Assembly: GCA_009782785.1 (NCBI GenBank)
Contig: WRIJ01000009.1
Location: 25,111 to 89,110 of the forward strand
Length of the DNA stretch: 64,000 nucleotides
Origin: Propionibacteriaceae bacterium
Lineage (GTDB): Bacteria > Actinomycetota > Actinomycetes > Propionibacteriales > Propionibacteriaceae
Reading direction: 5' to 3'
Shown one piece after another: positions 37,141 through 49,650 of this stretch (within the stretch, counting starts at the first letter, position 1; every line of letters begins with the position of its first letter). Both the position numbers and the translations under genes were made by a program. A model generated the notes under the pieces. It saw only the letters and a program-made list of their open reading frames with translations, made no database searches and was not told where the DNA came from.

Positions 37141-38694
37141 ATGAATCATTCCCGCGAACTTGTTCTCGTTGTTGACTATGGTGCCCAGTATGCTCAACTC
37201 ATTGCGCGAAGGGTGCGTGAAGCGAAGGTGTACTCTGAGATCATTCCTCACTGCGCCACCGTGGCAGAGATCAAAGAGAAGCAACCTTCGGCGATTATCC
37301 TCTCCGGTGGACCTGCTTCGGTTTATGAAGTTGGAGCTCCCCAGGTTGATCCTGGTCTTTTCGATCTGGGCATCCCTGTCTTGGGAATCTGTTATGGCTT
37401 CCAAGCAATGGCATTGAGTTTGGGCGGGCAGGTCGATCGTACTGAGTTGAGAGAGTACGGACGTACGCAGGTGCACGTCCATACTCCAGGGGTATTACTG
37501 TCTGAGGTACCTCGTCAATTCTCTGTCTGGATGAGCCATAGTGTCTCAGTTCACCAAGCACCACCAGGGTTTCAACCCTTGGCCACCAGTGATGGTGCTG
37601 AAGTGGCTGCCATGGAAGACACCGCACGCAAACTCGCGGGGGTCCAATGGCATCCAGAAGTCCACCATTCACAGTACGGCCAGCAGGTGCTTGACTATTT
37701 CCTCCATGAGATAGCTGGCCTGGGCCATTCCTGGGATTCTTCAACGATTATTGAAGACTCAGTCCAAGCCATCAGGGAACAAGTGGGGGATGCTCGCGTC
37801 CTGTGCGGGCTGTCGGGGGGAGTAGACTCGGCGGTCGCTGCAGCACTAGTTCAGAAAGCTATTGGTGACAATCTCACCTGTGTCTTTGTTGATCATGGAC
37901 TCTTGCGAGCGGGGGAAGCTGAAGCGGTTGAGAAAGACTTTGTGGCCGCCACTGGTGCCCAATTGGTGGTTGCCGACGCCAAAGAACAATTCCTTGGGGT
38001 GCTTGGGGGAGTAACCGACCCTGAACTCAAACGTAAAGCTATCGGCCACCAGTTCATTCGTACCTTCGAAGAGGAAGCAAGAAAGCTTGGTCGTGACCAG
38101 CAGATCAGGTTCCTCGTCCAAGGAACCCTCTACCCTGATGTGGTCGAATCTGGCGGCGGAACGGGTACGGCCAATATCAAATCCCACCATAATGTGGGTG
38201 GGCTTCCCGATGATTTGAGTTTCGAGTTGGTTGAGCCTCTTCGTACCCTCTTCAAAGATGAGGTACGTGCGGTCGGTGAACAATTGGGGCTCCCAGTTGA
38301 CATGGTGTGGCGTCATCCTTTCCCTGGCCCCGGTTTGGGGATTCGCATCATTGGGGAGGTCACCGAAGCCCGGCTCGCTATCTTGCGCCACGCCGATGCG
38401 ATTACCCGCGAGGAACTCACTGCTGCGGGTCTTGATCGTGACATCTGGCAGTTCCCTGTCGTACTGCTTGGTGATGTACGTTCCGTCGGTGTCCAAGGAG
38501 ATGAGCGCACCTATGGTCATCCTATTGTTCTTCGCCCAGTCACGAGTGAAGATGCGATGACTGCTGACTGGGGGAGATTGCCGTACGAGGTTTTGGAGAA
38601 AATCTCCACACGGATCACTAATGAAGTCCCAGAGGTCAATCGGGTCGTTCTCGACATTACGTCGAAGCCGCCAGGCACTATCGAATGGGAATAA
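37141..38694 (+). CDS. guaA: GMP synthase (glutamine-hydrolysing)
   Basis: 517-aa ORF with a GATase domain (GICYGFQ, WMSH), the ATP-PPase loop SGGVDS, and a C-terminal ...PPGTIEWE. Confidence 0.97.
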   Translation: MNHSRELVLVVDYGAQYAQLIARRVREAKVYSEIIPHCATVAEIKEKQPSAIILSGGPASVYEVGAPQVDPGLFDLGIPVLGICYGFQAMALSLGGQVDRTELREYGRTQVHVHTPGVLLSEVPRQFSVWMSHSVSVHQAPPGFQPLATSDGAEVAAMEDTARKLAGVQWHPEVHHSQYGQQVLDYFLHEIAGLGHSWDSSTIIEDSVQAIREQVGDARVLCGLSGGVDSAVAAALVQKAIGDNLTCVFVDHGLLRAGEAEAVEKDFVAATGAQLVVADAKEQFLGVLGGVTDPELKRKAIGHQFIRTFEEEARKLGRDQQIRFLVQGTLYPDVVESGGGTGTANIKSHHNVGGLPDDLSFELVEPLRTLFKDEVRAVGEQLGLPVDMVWRHPFPGPGLGIRIIGEVTEARLAILRHADAITREELTAAGLDRDIWQFPVVLLGDVRSVGVQGDERTYGHPIVLRPVTSEDAMTADWGRLPYEVLEKISTRITNEVPEVNRVVLDITSKPPGTIEWE

Positions 38695-38828
38695 TTCTCG
38701 GCACCAAGAAACGAGTGGCACGTAAAGTTTTGAGGAAGTGTCCCACTGGAGTGTATTTCTCGGGGTATCGCCACGACATGGGCTTTCGCTCACCAGTTAG
38801 GATGAGGGAAACACCCCAGGCAGGCTAG

Positions 38829-41057
<2,229 letters not shown>

Positions 41058-41078
41058 ATAATAAGTCTCCGACACCAC

Positions 41079-41114
41079 CATGGCGGTGGCCCCTGAGAGG
41101 GGGTCACCGCCATG
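41079..41114. terminator. Long hairpin between convergent katG and the antiporter gene (likely bidirectional terminator)
   Basis: CATGGCGGTG-GCCCCT-GAG-AGGGG-GT-CACCGCCATG. A 10-bp perfect outer stem plus a 5-bp inner stem. Confidence 0.6.
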
Positions 41115-41140
41115 ATGCTGTTGAGAGAGATGTTGGTGCG

Positions 41141-42874
41141 TTATTCGCCTTTGCTCAGACGTATCTGGATGGCGAGTTCTTCAGCATCGAGTTCACTCAG
41201 AGCGTGGCGCAGCACGCTCGAGGAGTACGTGCCGGTCGTACGCAGATCGAGCAGAGCTTTGCGCTGGGCTCTGATCTTCATCAAAGGAATCATTTCTTCA
41301 GGCACAGTTTTCCCTGCAGGGGCGCTCCAATTCTTGCCGGCCTGGCTGAGTTGCCCGGCCAGACGATCCCATTCTCCAGCTGGTTCCGAGTCTTGGCCAT
41401 CCAAACCAACACCTTTCACGAACCAACCCAAGGTTCCTCCCTGGATGATGAGGGATCCTGCAGCGACAAAGAACGCAATGAGGATCATCATCGAACGGTG
41501 CGGAGTGTCGAGGGGAAGGGTTTGAGCTGCAGCCAAGGTAACTACTCCTCGCATGCCACCCCAGATCAGTAAGCCACCCTCTTTGAAACCGAGCGGTTGG
41601 CGCATGAGATACTCTGCATCAGCAAGATAGCGCTGAATGAGGGTGCTGACATATTCCACGCGATGAGATTTGCGCTCCTGTTTAGAATCAAAGTTTTTGA
41701 GCCGAGACTTCAACTGTGCTCGACGCTCCATCATGATCTCTTCGCGTTTCTTCCACTCCACATCTTGAGGTGCATCCTTGATCGCCTTGCTTCGTTTGAT
41801 CTTCTTCTTTGATGAATGTGAGAGCCGGCTGATCAGGGCAGCAATGAAACCGCCACGCAAAATGATGGCAAGCAGGAGGGCGAGGGCAGCTATTCCTACT
41901 GCCGTCCACACAGTGTCTTGGGTGCTCGTGACATCATTGACCAGCGCTCGCAGTTCGAGACCCATGATGAAGAACACCGTACCTTCAAGCAAGAACTCGA
42001 GGGTATGCCAGTTTGCTGAATCAGACAGACGCTGACGGGCATCAAGATGTTTGGGCCCAGAGTGTGCGGCCACCAACCCGGCGGCAACGACCGCAACCAA
42101 ACCGGAGGCATGGCAGACCTCTTCAGCAAAGATGTAGGCCACGAAAGGAATGAGGAGGGACGATGCAGTCGCTGGCGCTGCCAACGGAATGAGTTTGCGA
42201 ATTCGAAGGCCCAACCAGCCAATGATCCCACCAATGAGGGCTGCTCCAAGGGCGGCCCAGAAGAACTGGAGAAGGATAGACCACCAGGGGATGGGGGTGA
42301 TCGTACCATCAGGGGAAGCCAGGGCAGCAGCAGAAGCTGAGGCAGCGGCAACAGCAGAACGCAGCAGCACCAATGACGTGGCGTCATTGAGCAAGGATTC
42401 ACCTTGCAAGATATTCCTGACCCGTGAGGGAACTCCTAGACGTCGAATGATGGTGGTGGCAGCTGCATCGGTGGGGCTCAAAATGGCACCCAAAGCAATA
42501 CAGTAACCCATGTTCACATCAGGCAGGATCCAGTGAATGATGAACCCCAAAATGACTGCACTGCAGATCACTAACAGCACTGCTAATCCACCAACTGCAG
42601 CAAAGTCGCGTCGGAAATCAACAGTAGGAATAGCTATAGCGGCGGCATATAACAATGGCGGCAGGATGATCACCAAGATCCAGTCAGGGGGAATCGAGGG
42701 GATGTTCACGAAGGGAAGAAAACTGATCCCCACACCAACGAGCATGAGGATCAGTGGAGGGGCGATTCCCAACTTGTCTGACACTGTTGACAAGCCGATA
42801 ACGATGGCTGCCACTAGGACAATGAGAAGAACCTGAGGGATCAAACCCTCCATATCAGGAAATAGATTCACCAT
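41141..42874 (-). CDS. Na+/H+ antiporter (CPA1/NhaP-type) with cytoplasmic C-terminal domain
   Basis: 577-aa ORF with about 11-12 TM helices, AILSPTDAAA and ESLLNDATSLV motifs, and a charged C-terminal tail. Confidence 0.9.
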   Translation of the reverse strand: MVNLFPDMEGLIPQVLLIVLVAAIVIGLSTVSDKLGIAPPLILMLVGVGISFLPFVNIPSIPPDWILVIILPPLLYAAAIAIPTVDFRRDFAAVGGLAVLLVICSAVILGFIIHWILPDVNMGYCIALGAILSPTDAAATTIIRRLGVPSRVRNILQGESLLNDATSLVLLRSAVAAASASAAALASPDGTITPIPWWSILLQFFWAALGAALIGGIIGWLGLRIRKLIPLAAPATASSLLIPFVAYIFAEEVCHASGLVAVVAAGLVAAHSGPKHLDARQRLSDSANWHTLEFLLEGTVFFIMGLELRALVNDVTSTQDTVWTAVGIAALALLLAIILRGGFIAALISRLSHSSKKKIKRSKAIKDAPQDVEWKKREEIMMERRAQLKSRLKNFDSKQERKSHRVEYVSTLIQRYLADAEYLMRQPLGFKEGGLLIWGGMRGVVTLAAAQTLPLDTPHRSMMILIAFFVAAGSLIIQGGTLGWFVKGVGLDGQDSEPAGEWDRLAGQLSQAGKNWSAPAGKTVPEEMIPLMKIRAQRKALLDLRTTGTYSSSVLRHALSELDAEELAIQIRLSKGE

Positions 42875-42941
42875 GTTGGTATTCTTCCCTATAATGATGT
42901 CGTTTCCAAATACTGGCTATTATTCGGACATAGGAGGTCAA

Positions 42942-43244
42942 ATGACCAAGATCCCGTCAGCTCTCGAGGAAGCAAGACACTCCATCGACAATCTGGATGC
43001 TGCGTTGATTCATCTTCTTGCGGAGCGTTTTAAGATCACTCAACGGGTGGGCCAGTTGAAAGCAAGCCTCAACCTTCCCCCAGCAGACCTAGCACGGGAA
43101 GCAGATCAGGTGCGCCGATTGCGTACTCTAGCAGAAGAATCGCAACTCGATCCCGAATTTGCCGAGAAGGTGGTGACCTTCATTATGACCGAGGTTATTC
43201 ACCACCATGATCAAATCCGTGATCAGTGGAATGTCAGTGGGTAG
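42942..43244 (+). CDS. Chorismate mutase (AroQ class)
   Basis: 100-aa ORF. The ATG is preceded by TAGGAGG. Contains IDNLDAALIHLLAERFKITQRVGQLK. The track ORF start at 42873 is unlikely. Confidence 0.85.
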   Translation: MTKIPSALEEARHSIDNLDAALIHLLAERFKITQRVGQLKASLNLPPADLAREADQVRRLRTLAEESQLDPEFAEKVVTFIMTEVIHHHDQIRDQWNVSG

Positions 43245-43251
43245 GACATAG

Positions 43252-44630
<1,379 letters not shown>

Positions 44631-44631
<1 letters not shown>

Positions 44632-45215
44632 TGCCGGGTAAGCCGCCACGCCACACTCCAAGTCGGGGATCTCACCGACCTGGAGTTCGCCGTGGTGGGC
44701 GAGTGGTGCGAAACCCTGCTTCATCACCGGAATCTTCTGTACGCTCACAGAGTCGAGAATCCTCGGCAGGTTTGTCCCTGGTTCAGCGTACGATTGCTGT
44801 CGCGGCCACTTTTGCTCTCTTGCTGATCTTTTTCGTATCGAGATTTAGTGTCTATCTCAGCCAGCAGCGAGACATTGCTGAGGTCCGGGCGGATATTGCC
44901 GCTCATCGAGTGGAGATCGCCCGTCTCCAAGACGAACTTGATCGATGGCAGGATCCAGCCTATGTGAAGGCCCAGGCCCGTGATCGTCTCGGGTGGGTTA
45001 TGCCCGGTGAAGTGGGGTACCGGGTGGTTGATGAGAATGGCCAATTGATCGGTGGGTTTTTGTCAGGAATTGATGACACGTACGGCGAAGTGAATCTGCC
45101 GTGGTACGAGGTTCTTGGGGAGAGTCTGATTATTGCTGATCAGCCTACTGGTGAGGTGAAGGCCCCTGGTGACACGGTTGTATACGATCCAAGCGATGGC
45201 GAGACGCCGCGGTGA
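44631..45215 (+). CDS. Septum formation initiator family protein (FtsB/DivIC-like)
   Basis: 194-aa ORF with a basic N-terminus, one TM helix and a coiled coil (IARLQDELDRWQDPAYVKAQARDRLGW). Conserved position after eno. Confidence 0.8.
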
Positions 45216-45808
45216 GTGATGAACAGGCATGTGGGGACAGCGTCGACCCTCATGTGGGTGACCAATCGAGCAATGGTGGGGGGCTCACGCCTGGCGATGC
45301 CGATATTGTCACCAGGCAGTTGGGGCGTACTCCCAGAGGAGCAGTGAAAGTCGCATGGCGATGCCCACAAGGGCACCCTGGCGTGGTGATGACGAGGCCG
45401 CGTTTGAGCGATGGCACACCCTTTCCCACACTGTATTACCTCACCTGCCCGGCAATCGTGAAAGCATGCTCGACCTTGGAAGCTGACGGTTTGATGGCTT
45501 CGTTGACTGCGCGTTTAACTGACGATGTTCAATTCGCTGCGGCGTACGGACAAGCCCATGACTCCTATCTGGTGGATCGTGAAACTTTGGCTCAGGAATT
45601 GGGGATCGAGGTGCCAGAGATTTCAGGGATTTCGGCTGGCGGAATGCCATCGCGGGTGAAATGCTTGCACACTGTGGTGGCACACAGTTTGGCCAAGGGA
45701 CCTGGTGTGAATCCTTGTGGGGATGAGGCCTTGGAGGCCATCGGAGTCTTTTGTCGATCGGGGTGTGCCCAGGTTTGTGGGCCTGCTAGTGAGCGAGAGG
45801 TGTCATGA
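45212..45808 (+). CDS. DUF501 domain-containing protein
   Basis: 198-aa ORF containing RCPQGHPGVVMTRPRL..GTPFPTLYYLTCP. Conserved eno/FtsB-like/DUF501/ppx synteny. Confidence 0.8.
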   Translation: MSDEQACGDSVDPHVGDQSSNGGGLTPGDADIVTRQLGRTPRGAVKVAWRCPQGHPGVVMTRPRLSDGTPFPTLYYLTCPAIVKACSTLEADGLMASLTARLTDDVQFAAAYGQAHDSYLVDRETLAQELGIEVPEISGISAGGMPSRVKCLHTVVAHSLAKGPGVNPCGDEALEAIGVFCRSGCAQVCGPASEREVS

Positions 45809-46899
45809 GAGTAGGGGTTATTGATTGTGGTACGAACACCACCAGGATCCTCATCTGTGATGGGGATGTTTCCGGGGTTCCTCAAGAGGTTGTGAGGGAG
45901 TTGAGATTTACCCGGTTGGGGGAGGGGGTTGATCGAAGTGGGAGTTTCACTAGTGACGGGCTGAAGCGTACTTTTGCGGCTGTTGAAGAATATGCTCAGA
46001 TGTTGGAGGCGTACCAGGTGGACACGGTACGTTTTGTCGCAACCTCAGCTGCCCGCGATGTACACAACCGTGAAGATTTTATTAGTGGGGTGAGAACCCG
46101 CCTGGGTATCGAACCGGAGATTATCTCAGGCGAGGAAGAGGCATACTTGAGTTTTCTTGGAGCACTCACTTCTTCCGCCATGGCATCCGATCCACCTCTG
46201 GCTCCGGTCACCTTGTGTGAAGCGGAGCTCCCTCCGGTCACCCTGTGGAGCACTGCGAGTCGCCCTAGCGGGCTCCGCAGCGCAGGCTCCGCGACTCGCA
46301 GGGTCCACGATCAACCACCAAACAACGATCAATCGGTCCTCGTCGTTGACATCGGTGGTGGGTCAACCGAACTGATTCGCGGGTTCCTCTCGGGGCGCCT
46401 CGAATCGAGAGTCAGTCTTGATATGGGGTCAGTTCGTCTTCGTGAACGGTACCTTCACGGTGATCCACTCACTGTTCCCCAGATCGATCAAGCACGAAGC
46501 TTCGTTAGTGAGCTACTGGATGGTTGTGGTGTTGCCATCGGCGATGTGGATGTCTTTATTGGAGTTGCAGGTACGTTGACTTCACTGTCGGGTATGAACC
46601 AATCTTTGGATTCTTATGATCGTACGAAAGTACACAATTCCACCCTGGAGGTGGATGACATCTTAACCCTGCAGGAGCACTTGTTGACCTTGAGTGTGGA
46701 TGAGGTCATCAACCAGTATCCGAGTCTCCCAGCACCACGCGCCGAGGTGATTGGTGCTGGAGCACTCATTGCTAGCGAGATTGCTCGCAGAGTCGGGCGT
46801 ACGATGATTGTTCGCGAAACAGATATTTTGGATGGTGCTGCCATGCAACTCTTCAGAGAGCCGCGATCGTCCACATGGCACAAGCCCATCGAGGTGTGA
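45805..46899 (+). CDS. ppx: Ppx/GppA family phosphatase (exopolyphosphatase), carrying an in-frame repeat-derived insertion
   Basis: 364-aa ORF containing VIDCGTNTTRIL, GEEEAYLSFLGA and LVVDIGGGSTEL. The segment at 46207-46306 matches the intergenic repeats. Confidence 0.87.
   Translation: MRVGVIDCGTNTTRILICDGDVSGVPQEVVRELRFTRLGEGVDRSGSFTSDGLKRTFAAVEEYAQMLEAYQVDTVRFVATSAARDVHNREDFISGVRTRLGIEPEIISGEEEAYLSFLGALTSSAMASDPPLAPVTLCEAELPPVTLWSTASRPSGLRSAGSATRRVHDQPPNNDQSVLVVDIGGGSTELIRGFLSGRLESRVSLDMGSVRLRERYLHGDPLTVPQIDQARSFVSELLDGCGVAIGDVDVFIGVAGTLTSLSGMNQSLDSYDRTKVHNSTLEVDDILTLQEHLLTLSVDEVINQYPSLPAPRAEVIGAGALIASEIARRVGRTMIVRETDILDGAAMQLFREPRSSTWHKPIEV
46207..46306 (-). repeat. Family-A-related repeat segment inside the ppx coding sequence
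   Basis: Carries two GTCACC(T/C)TGTG arms and the core GCACTGCGAGTCGCCCTAGCGGGCTCCGCAG (reverse complement of 35240-35270 and 16018-16048). Ends CGCGACTCGCAGGGTCC. Confidence 0.8.
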
Positions 46900-46915
46900 G
46901 ATCATAAGTGATCGG

Positions 46916-46988
46916 GCCCCCATAGCCCAACGGCAGAGGCAGTCGACTTAAAATCGATCCAGTGTCGGTTCGAATCCGACTGGGGGCA
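46916..46988 (+). tRNA. tRNA with anticodon UAA (nominally Leu) but a class-I fold (5-nt variable loop)
   Basis: Manual cloverleaf: acceptor GCCCCCA/TGGGGGC, D arm GCCC-AACGGCAG-AGGC, anticodon arm GTCGA-CTTAAAA-TCGAT, variable loop CCAGT, T arm GTCGG-TTCGAAT-CCGAC, discriminator A. CCA is not encoded. Confidence 0.72.
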
Positions 46989-47029
46989 CGGGGGTTGGTG
47001 GTGTCACAGACACTTACCTGTCAGCTAAA

Positions 47030-47416
47030 ATGAAATCATTCTACCTGGACAGGGCCAAACAGCTAGTGGAGTCAACCTATCAGGAGTTCTCCCTTCAGGT
47101 GTCGCTGGATGGGTGGACCAGCGATCTTCCTGGGGATATTTCACAAGAAGACTTCCAGATGTGGGCCCAGGATAACCTTACTGTGAAGGCCGTAGTGATT
47201 CTTCCGTATGATGGCACTGCGAGTGAAGAAACATTGAGAGCTGAGTCAGCGCCGATCGAAACAGGTTTGGCTAGCTTAGGTGGACAAGCATCGAATGTCA
47301 CATTGAAGTACTACTCGTACGATGGTTTTGCGGTAGAGCAGCAGCGTTTTAATAATGAACAAGCCCTTCTCAATGATCATGGTGATGTTCTCCTGACATA
47401 CAACTGGACTAAGTAA
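47030..47416 (+). CDS. Hypothetical protein
   Basis: 128-aa ORF with no recognisable motif, no signal peptide and no clear SD. Confidence 0.4.
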   Translation: MKSFYLDRAKQLVESTYQEFSLQVSLDGWTSDLPGDISQEDFQMWAQDNLTVKAVVILPYDGTASEETLRAESAPIETGLASLGGQASNVTLKYYSYDGFAVEQQRFNNEQALLNDHGDVLLTYNWTK

Positions 47417-47461
47417 CCTGGCACTGTTTGGGGCACGTCAGCCGAGGAAGAGGTATGAACA

Positions 47462-47614
47462 ATGACAGCAGCAGAAATCCGAGTTCGACTGAAACAGGAA
47501 GAAGACTTGCTTAACAAAGCCAGACAAGATGAGTGTGATACTGCCCGAACCTTGTCCGACCTCCAAGACTACAAGCAGGCCCACGACAGTGAGGTAGTGG
47601 GGCCAGCAACTTGA
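47462..47614 (+). CDS. Possible small coiled-coil protein (50 aa)
   Basis: ATG preceded by GAGGAAGAGG. Translates to MTAAEIRVRLKQEEDLLNKARQDECDTARTLSDLQDYKQAHDSEVVGPAT. Below the track cutoff and has no homology signal. Confidence 0.2.
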   Translation: MTAAEIRVRLKQEEDLLNKARQDECDTARTLSDLQDYKQAHDSEVVGPAT

Positions 47615-47618
47615 CCCT

Positions 47619-48032
47619 CTAGACGAATGGGTTGATGACGACAATTCCGTTGTAATCCTGTCCGTGGGAAAGGTCTTCCGACAGGAGTTGTTGACATCCG
47701 CTAGCCCGGGCGGCTTCGATGATCCCTGCATCCCAGTACGACACACCGAATTGTTGCCTCGTGTGCAGAGCACGGCGCATCACGGTAAGGGTGTTGGCTT
47801 GAATAGGGAAACGGGTGAAAGACTCAACAAATTGTGTTGCTTGCTCATGGGTGAGTGGATCAGTGCGCGTTGCTCTAGTCGCCTGCACATAGAACTCTTG
47901 AAGCACCTGGACAGATAGGGCGATCCCACCGTCTTCTAGGATTCCACGGGCAATGGTTGCCTTGGGTTCTTCCTGATCGTCGCGCGATATCGCGTACAGT
48001 AGAATATTGGTGTCACAGAAGCGCACGGTCAT
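47619..48032 (-). CDS. vapC: Type II toxin VapC (PIN domain ribonuclease)
   Basis: 137-aa ORF with the PIN acidic residues in context (FCDTNILLYA..., ...LLSEDLSHGQ). Confidence 0.85.
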   Translation of the reverse strand: MTVRFCDTNILLYAISRDDQEEPKATIARGILEDGGIALSVQVLQEFYVQATRATRTDPLTHEQATQFVESFTRFPIQANTLTVMRRALHTRQQFGVSYWDAGIIEAARASGCQQLLSEDLSHGQDYNGIVVINPFV

Positions 48033-48252
48033 GAACCTCTTCTCGGCTCAGACGATCACTCGCTTGGAAGGCATGAACCTCATCCAGGGTACGGCGTTGT
48101 AGCTCAGCAAGACGCTCGAACTCACCACTGTCATCGCTGAGCGAGCGAAGAAAACCTGTGACGAGAGCGCTGAGGGATGTGTCAGCCACTGCAGCATGCA
48201 CTCGGGCGCTTCGGTATACCTCATCGGGAATGGCAACAGTCACATTTCTCAC
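48013..48252 (-). CDS. vapB: Type II antitoxin (ribbon-helix-helix/VapB-like)
   Basis: 79-aa ORF with a GTG start. N-terminal beta-strand/helix pattern VTVAIPDEVYRSARVHAA. Overlaps vapC by 20 nt. Confidence 0.7.
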   Translation of the reverse strand: MRNVTVAIPDEVYRSARVHAAVADTSLSALVTGFLRSLSDDSGEFERLAELQRRTLDEVHAFQASDRLSREEVHDRALL

Positions 48253-48345
48253 AGTTTCACTGTATCACAGCAACACACTTGTCCACAGGAGGTCGATTGT
48301 GAGTGTGTGGCACATGAGCGCCCTCCCAACTAACCTATGTAACGG

Positions 48346-48418
48346 TGGAGCTAACGGGATTCGAACCCGTGGCCTCTTCCATGCCATGGAAGCGCGCTAC
48401 CAACTGCGCCATAGCCCC
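48346..48418 (-). tRNA. tRNA-Ala (anticodon GGC)
   Basis: The reverse complement folds as GGGGCTA-TG-GCGC-AGTTGGTA-GCGC-G-CTTCC-ATGGCAT-GGAAG-AGGCC-ACGGG-TTCGAAT-CCCGT-TAGCTCC-A. The G3:U70 Ala identity pair is present. Confidence 0.95.
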
Positions 48419-48498
48419 AGTGCGGTTATCTACCTTACCCTGGTGGTGCCACACATGTCCACGTGGCGTATACACTGGATGCAAGGAGGGAGGATGCC

Positions 48499-49008
48499 AT
48501 GCCACGACCGAAGAATTCCACTGAGTTGATTGAAGCTGCCACCAGCGAGTACGACAAGCTTATGGCTCTCGTCACCTCGATCCCAGCCGAACAACAAGAA
48601 CTTGAGTTTGCTTTTGAGGACCGTGATCGCACAGTACGCGACGTACTAGCTCATTTGAGCGAATGGCACTACATGATGAGTAGGTGGTACGACCAGGGGA
48701 TGTCTGGCGAGAAGCCCATTATGCCGGCTGATGGGTACACGTGGAAAACACTTCCCGAACTCAATTTGAGAATTTGGGAAGAAGCCCAGGAGATCCCACT
48801 CGATAAGGCCCGAGCAGAACTCGACGAAACCCACCAGGTCATGATGACCCTGATCACCCACCACAGCGATGAGGAACTGTTCACCAAGAAGTATTATCCA
48901 TGGACGGGTACGACCTCGCTGGGTGCGTACCTCATCTCTTCGACCTCCAGCCACTACGACTGGGCTTCTAAGAAACTGAAGAAAGCCATCAAAACCTGGA
49001 AGGGCTGA
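48499..49008 (+). CDS. ClbS/DfsB family four-helix-bundle protein (DUF1706)
   Basis: 169 aa from the ATG at 48499, with AGGAGGGAGG upstream. Contains ...ELIEAATSEYDKL..., DVLAHLSEWH and EELFTKKYYPWTGTTSLGAYLISSTSSHYDWASKKLKK. Confidence 0.72.
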   Translation: MPRPKNSTELIEAATSEYDKLMALVTSIPAEQQELEFAFEDRDRTVRDVLAHLSEWHYMMSRWYDQGMSGEKPIMPADGYTWKTLPELNLRIWEEAQEIPLDKARAELDETHQVMMTLITHHSDEELFTKKYYPWTGTTSLGAYLISSTSSHYDWASKKLKKAIKTWKG

Positions 49009-49068
49009 CATTTACCCCGCCCACCAGTCACCAACTTTCCCCGTCACGACGTACGTGCCTCCATTTTT

Positions 49069-49237
49069 GTCACCCTGCGGACGGGTGACGAGCGAAGCGA
49101 GGAACACCGTCTCGCAGGGTCCAGATATCACACTGACGACGGTGGTGACCGCCGGTGGTTAATAGTCGCCAGCAGACTCACTGTCGTGGTTGATCGCTTG
49201 TCTGGATTCCGCGAGTCGCTTCGCTCCGCGGAATGAC
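49069..49237 (-). repeat. Family-A mini-element, copy A5 (169 bp, long-loop variant)
   Basis: The body and left-hand arm are identical to 49502-49650 except for one base seen by eye (T/C in GGTTGA(T/C)CGC). Preceded by degenerate C-rich units at 49015-49068. Confidence 0.85.
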
Positions 49238-49248
49238 CGTTCTGGGTC

Positions 49249-49490
49249 GTTCATTGACCGCGACCCCCTGGTGACGAGTGTCTTTAAACGTCGCGTGGTG
49301 ACTGTATCTCTGTTTTCGTCACCCACAGACTCACCAGTGGTGGCAAACCGTTTGTCTGGATTCCGCGACTTTGCGCGGAATGACGGATATGGGTCACACT
49401 GTGCACATCATGGCCGTATCGTCTCCATGGAGGTGAGTGACAACGCAGCGATTCCTCATGGTCACTGTGGAGCAGTTGCGGTCGGTTGGC
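49249..49490 (+). repeat. Family-B mini-element, copy B3, interrupted by a partial family-A insertion (about 49318-49384)
   Basis: Ends are GTTCATTGACCGC and GCGGTCGGTTGGC. Internal blocks GTGTCTTTAAACGTCGCGTGGTGAC and GGTGAGTGACAACGCAGCGA match B1/B2. The nested hairpin is GGATTCCGCG-ACTTTG-CGCGGAATGAC. Confidence 0.7.
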
Positions 49491-49501
49491 ACTCCACTCA
49501 C

Positions 49502-49650
49502 GTCACCCTGCGGAACGAAGTGACTCGCAGGGTCCAGATATCACACTGACGACGGTGGTGACCGCCGGTGGTTAATAGTCGCCAGCAGACTCACTGTCGT
49601 GGTTGACCGCTTGTCTGGATTCCGCGAGTCGCTTCGCTCCGCGGAATGAC
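49502..49650 (-). repeat. Family-A mini-element, copy A6 (149 bp)
   Basis: Near-identical to A5 apart from a shorter hairpin loop. Confidence 0.85.

Noticed and set aside
37846-38793. 315-aa ORF on the minus strand
   Set aside because: It is antisense to guaA and has no recognisable domain.
48158-48529. 123-aa plus-strand ORF
   Set aside because: It runs across the tRNA-Ala gene and the vapB upstream region. The real gene downstream is the ClbS-like ORF starting at 48499.
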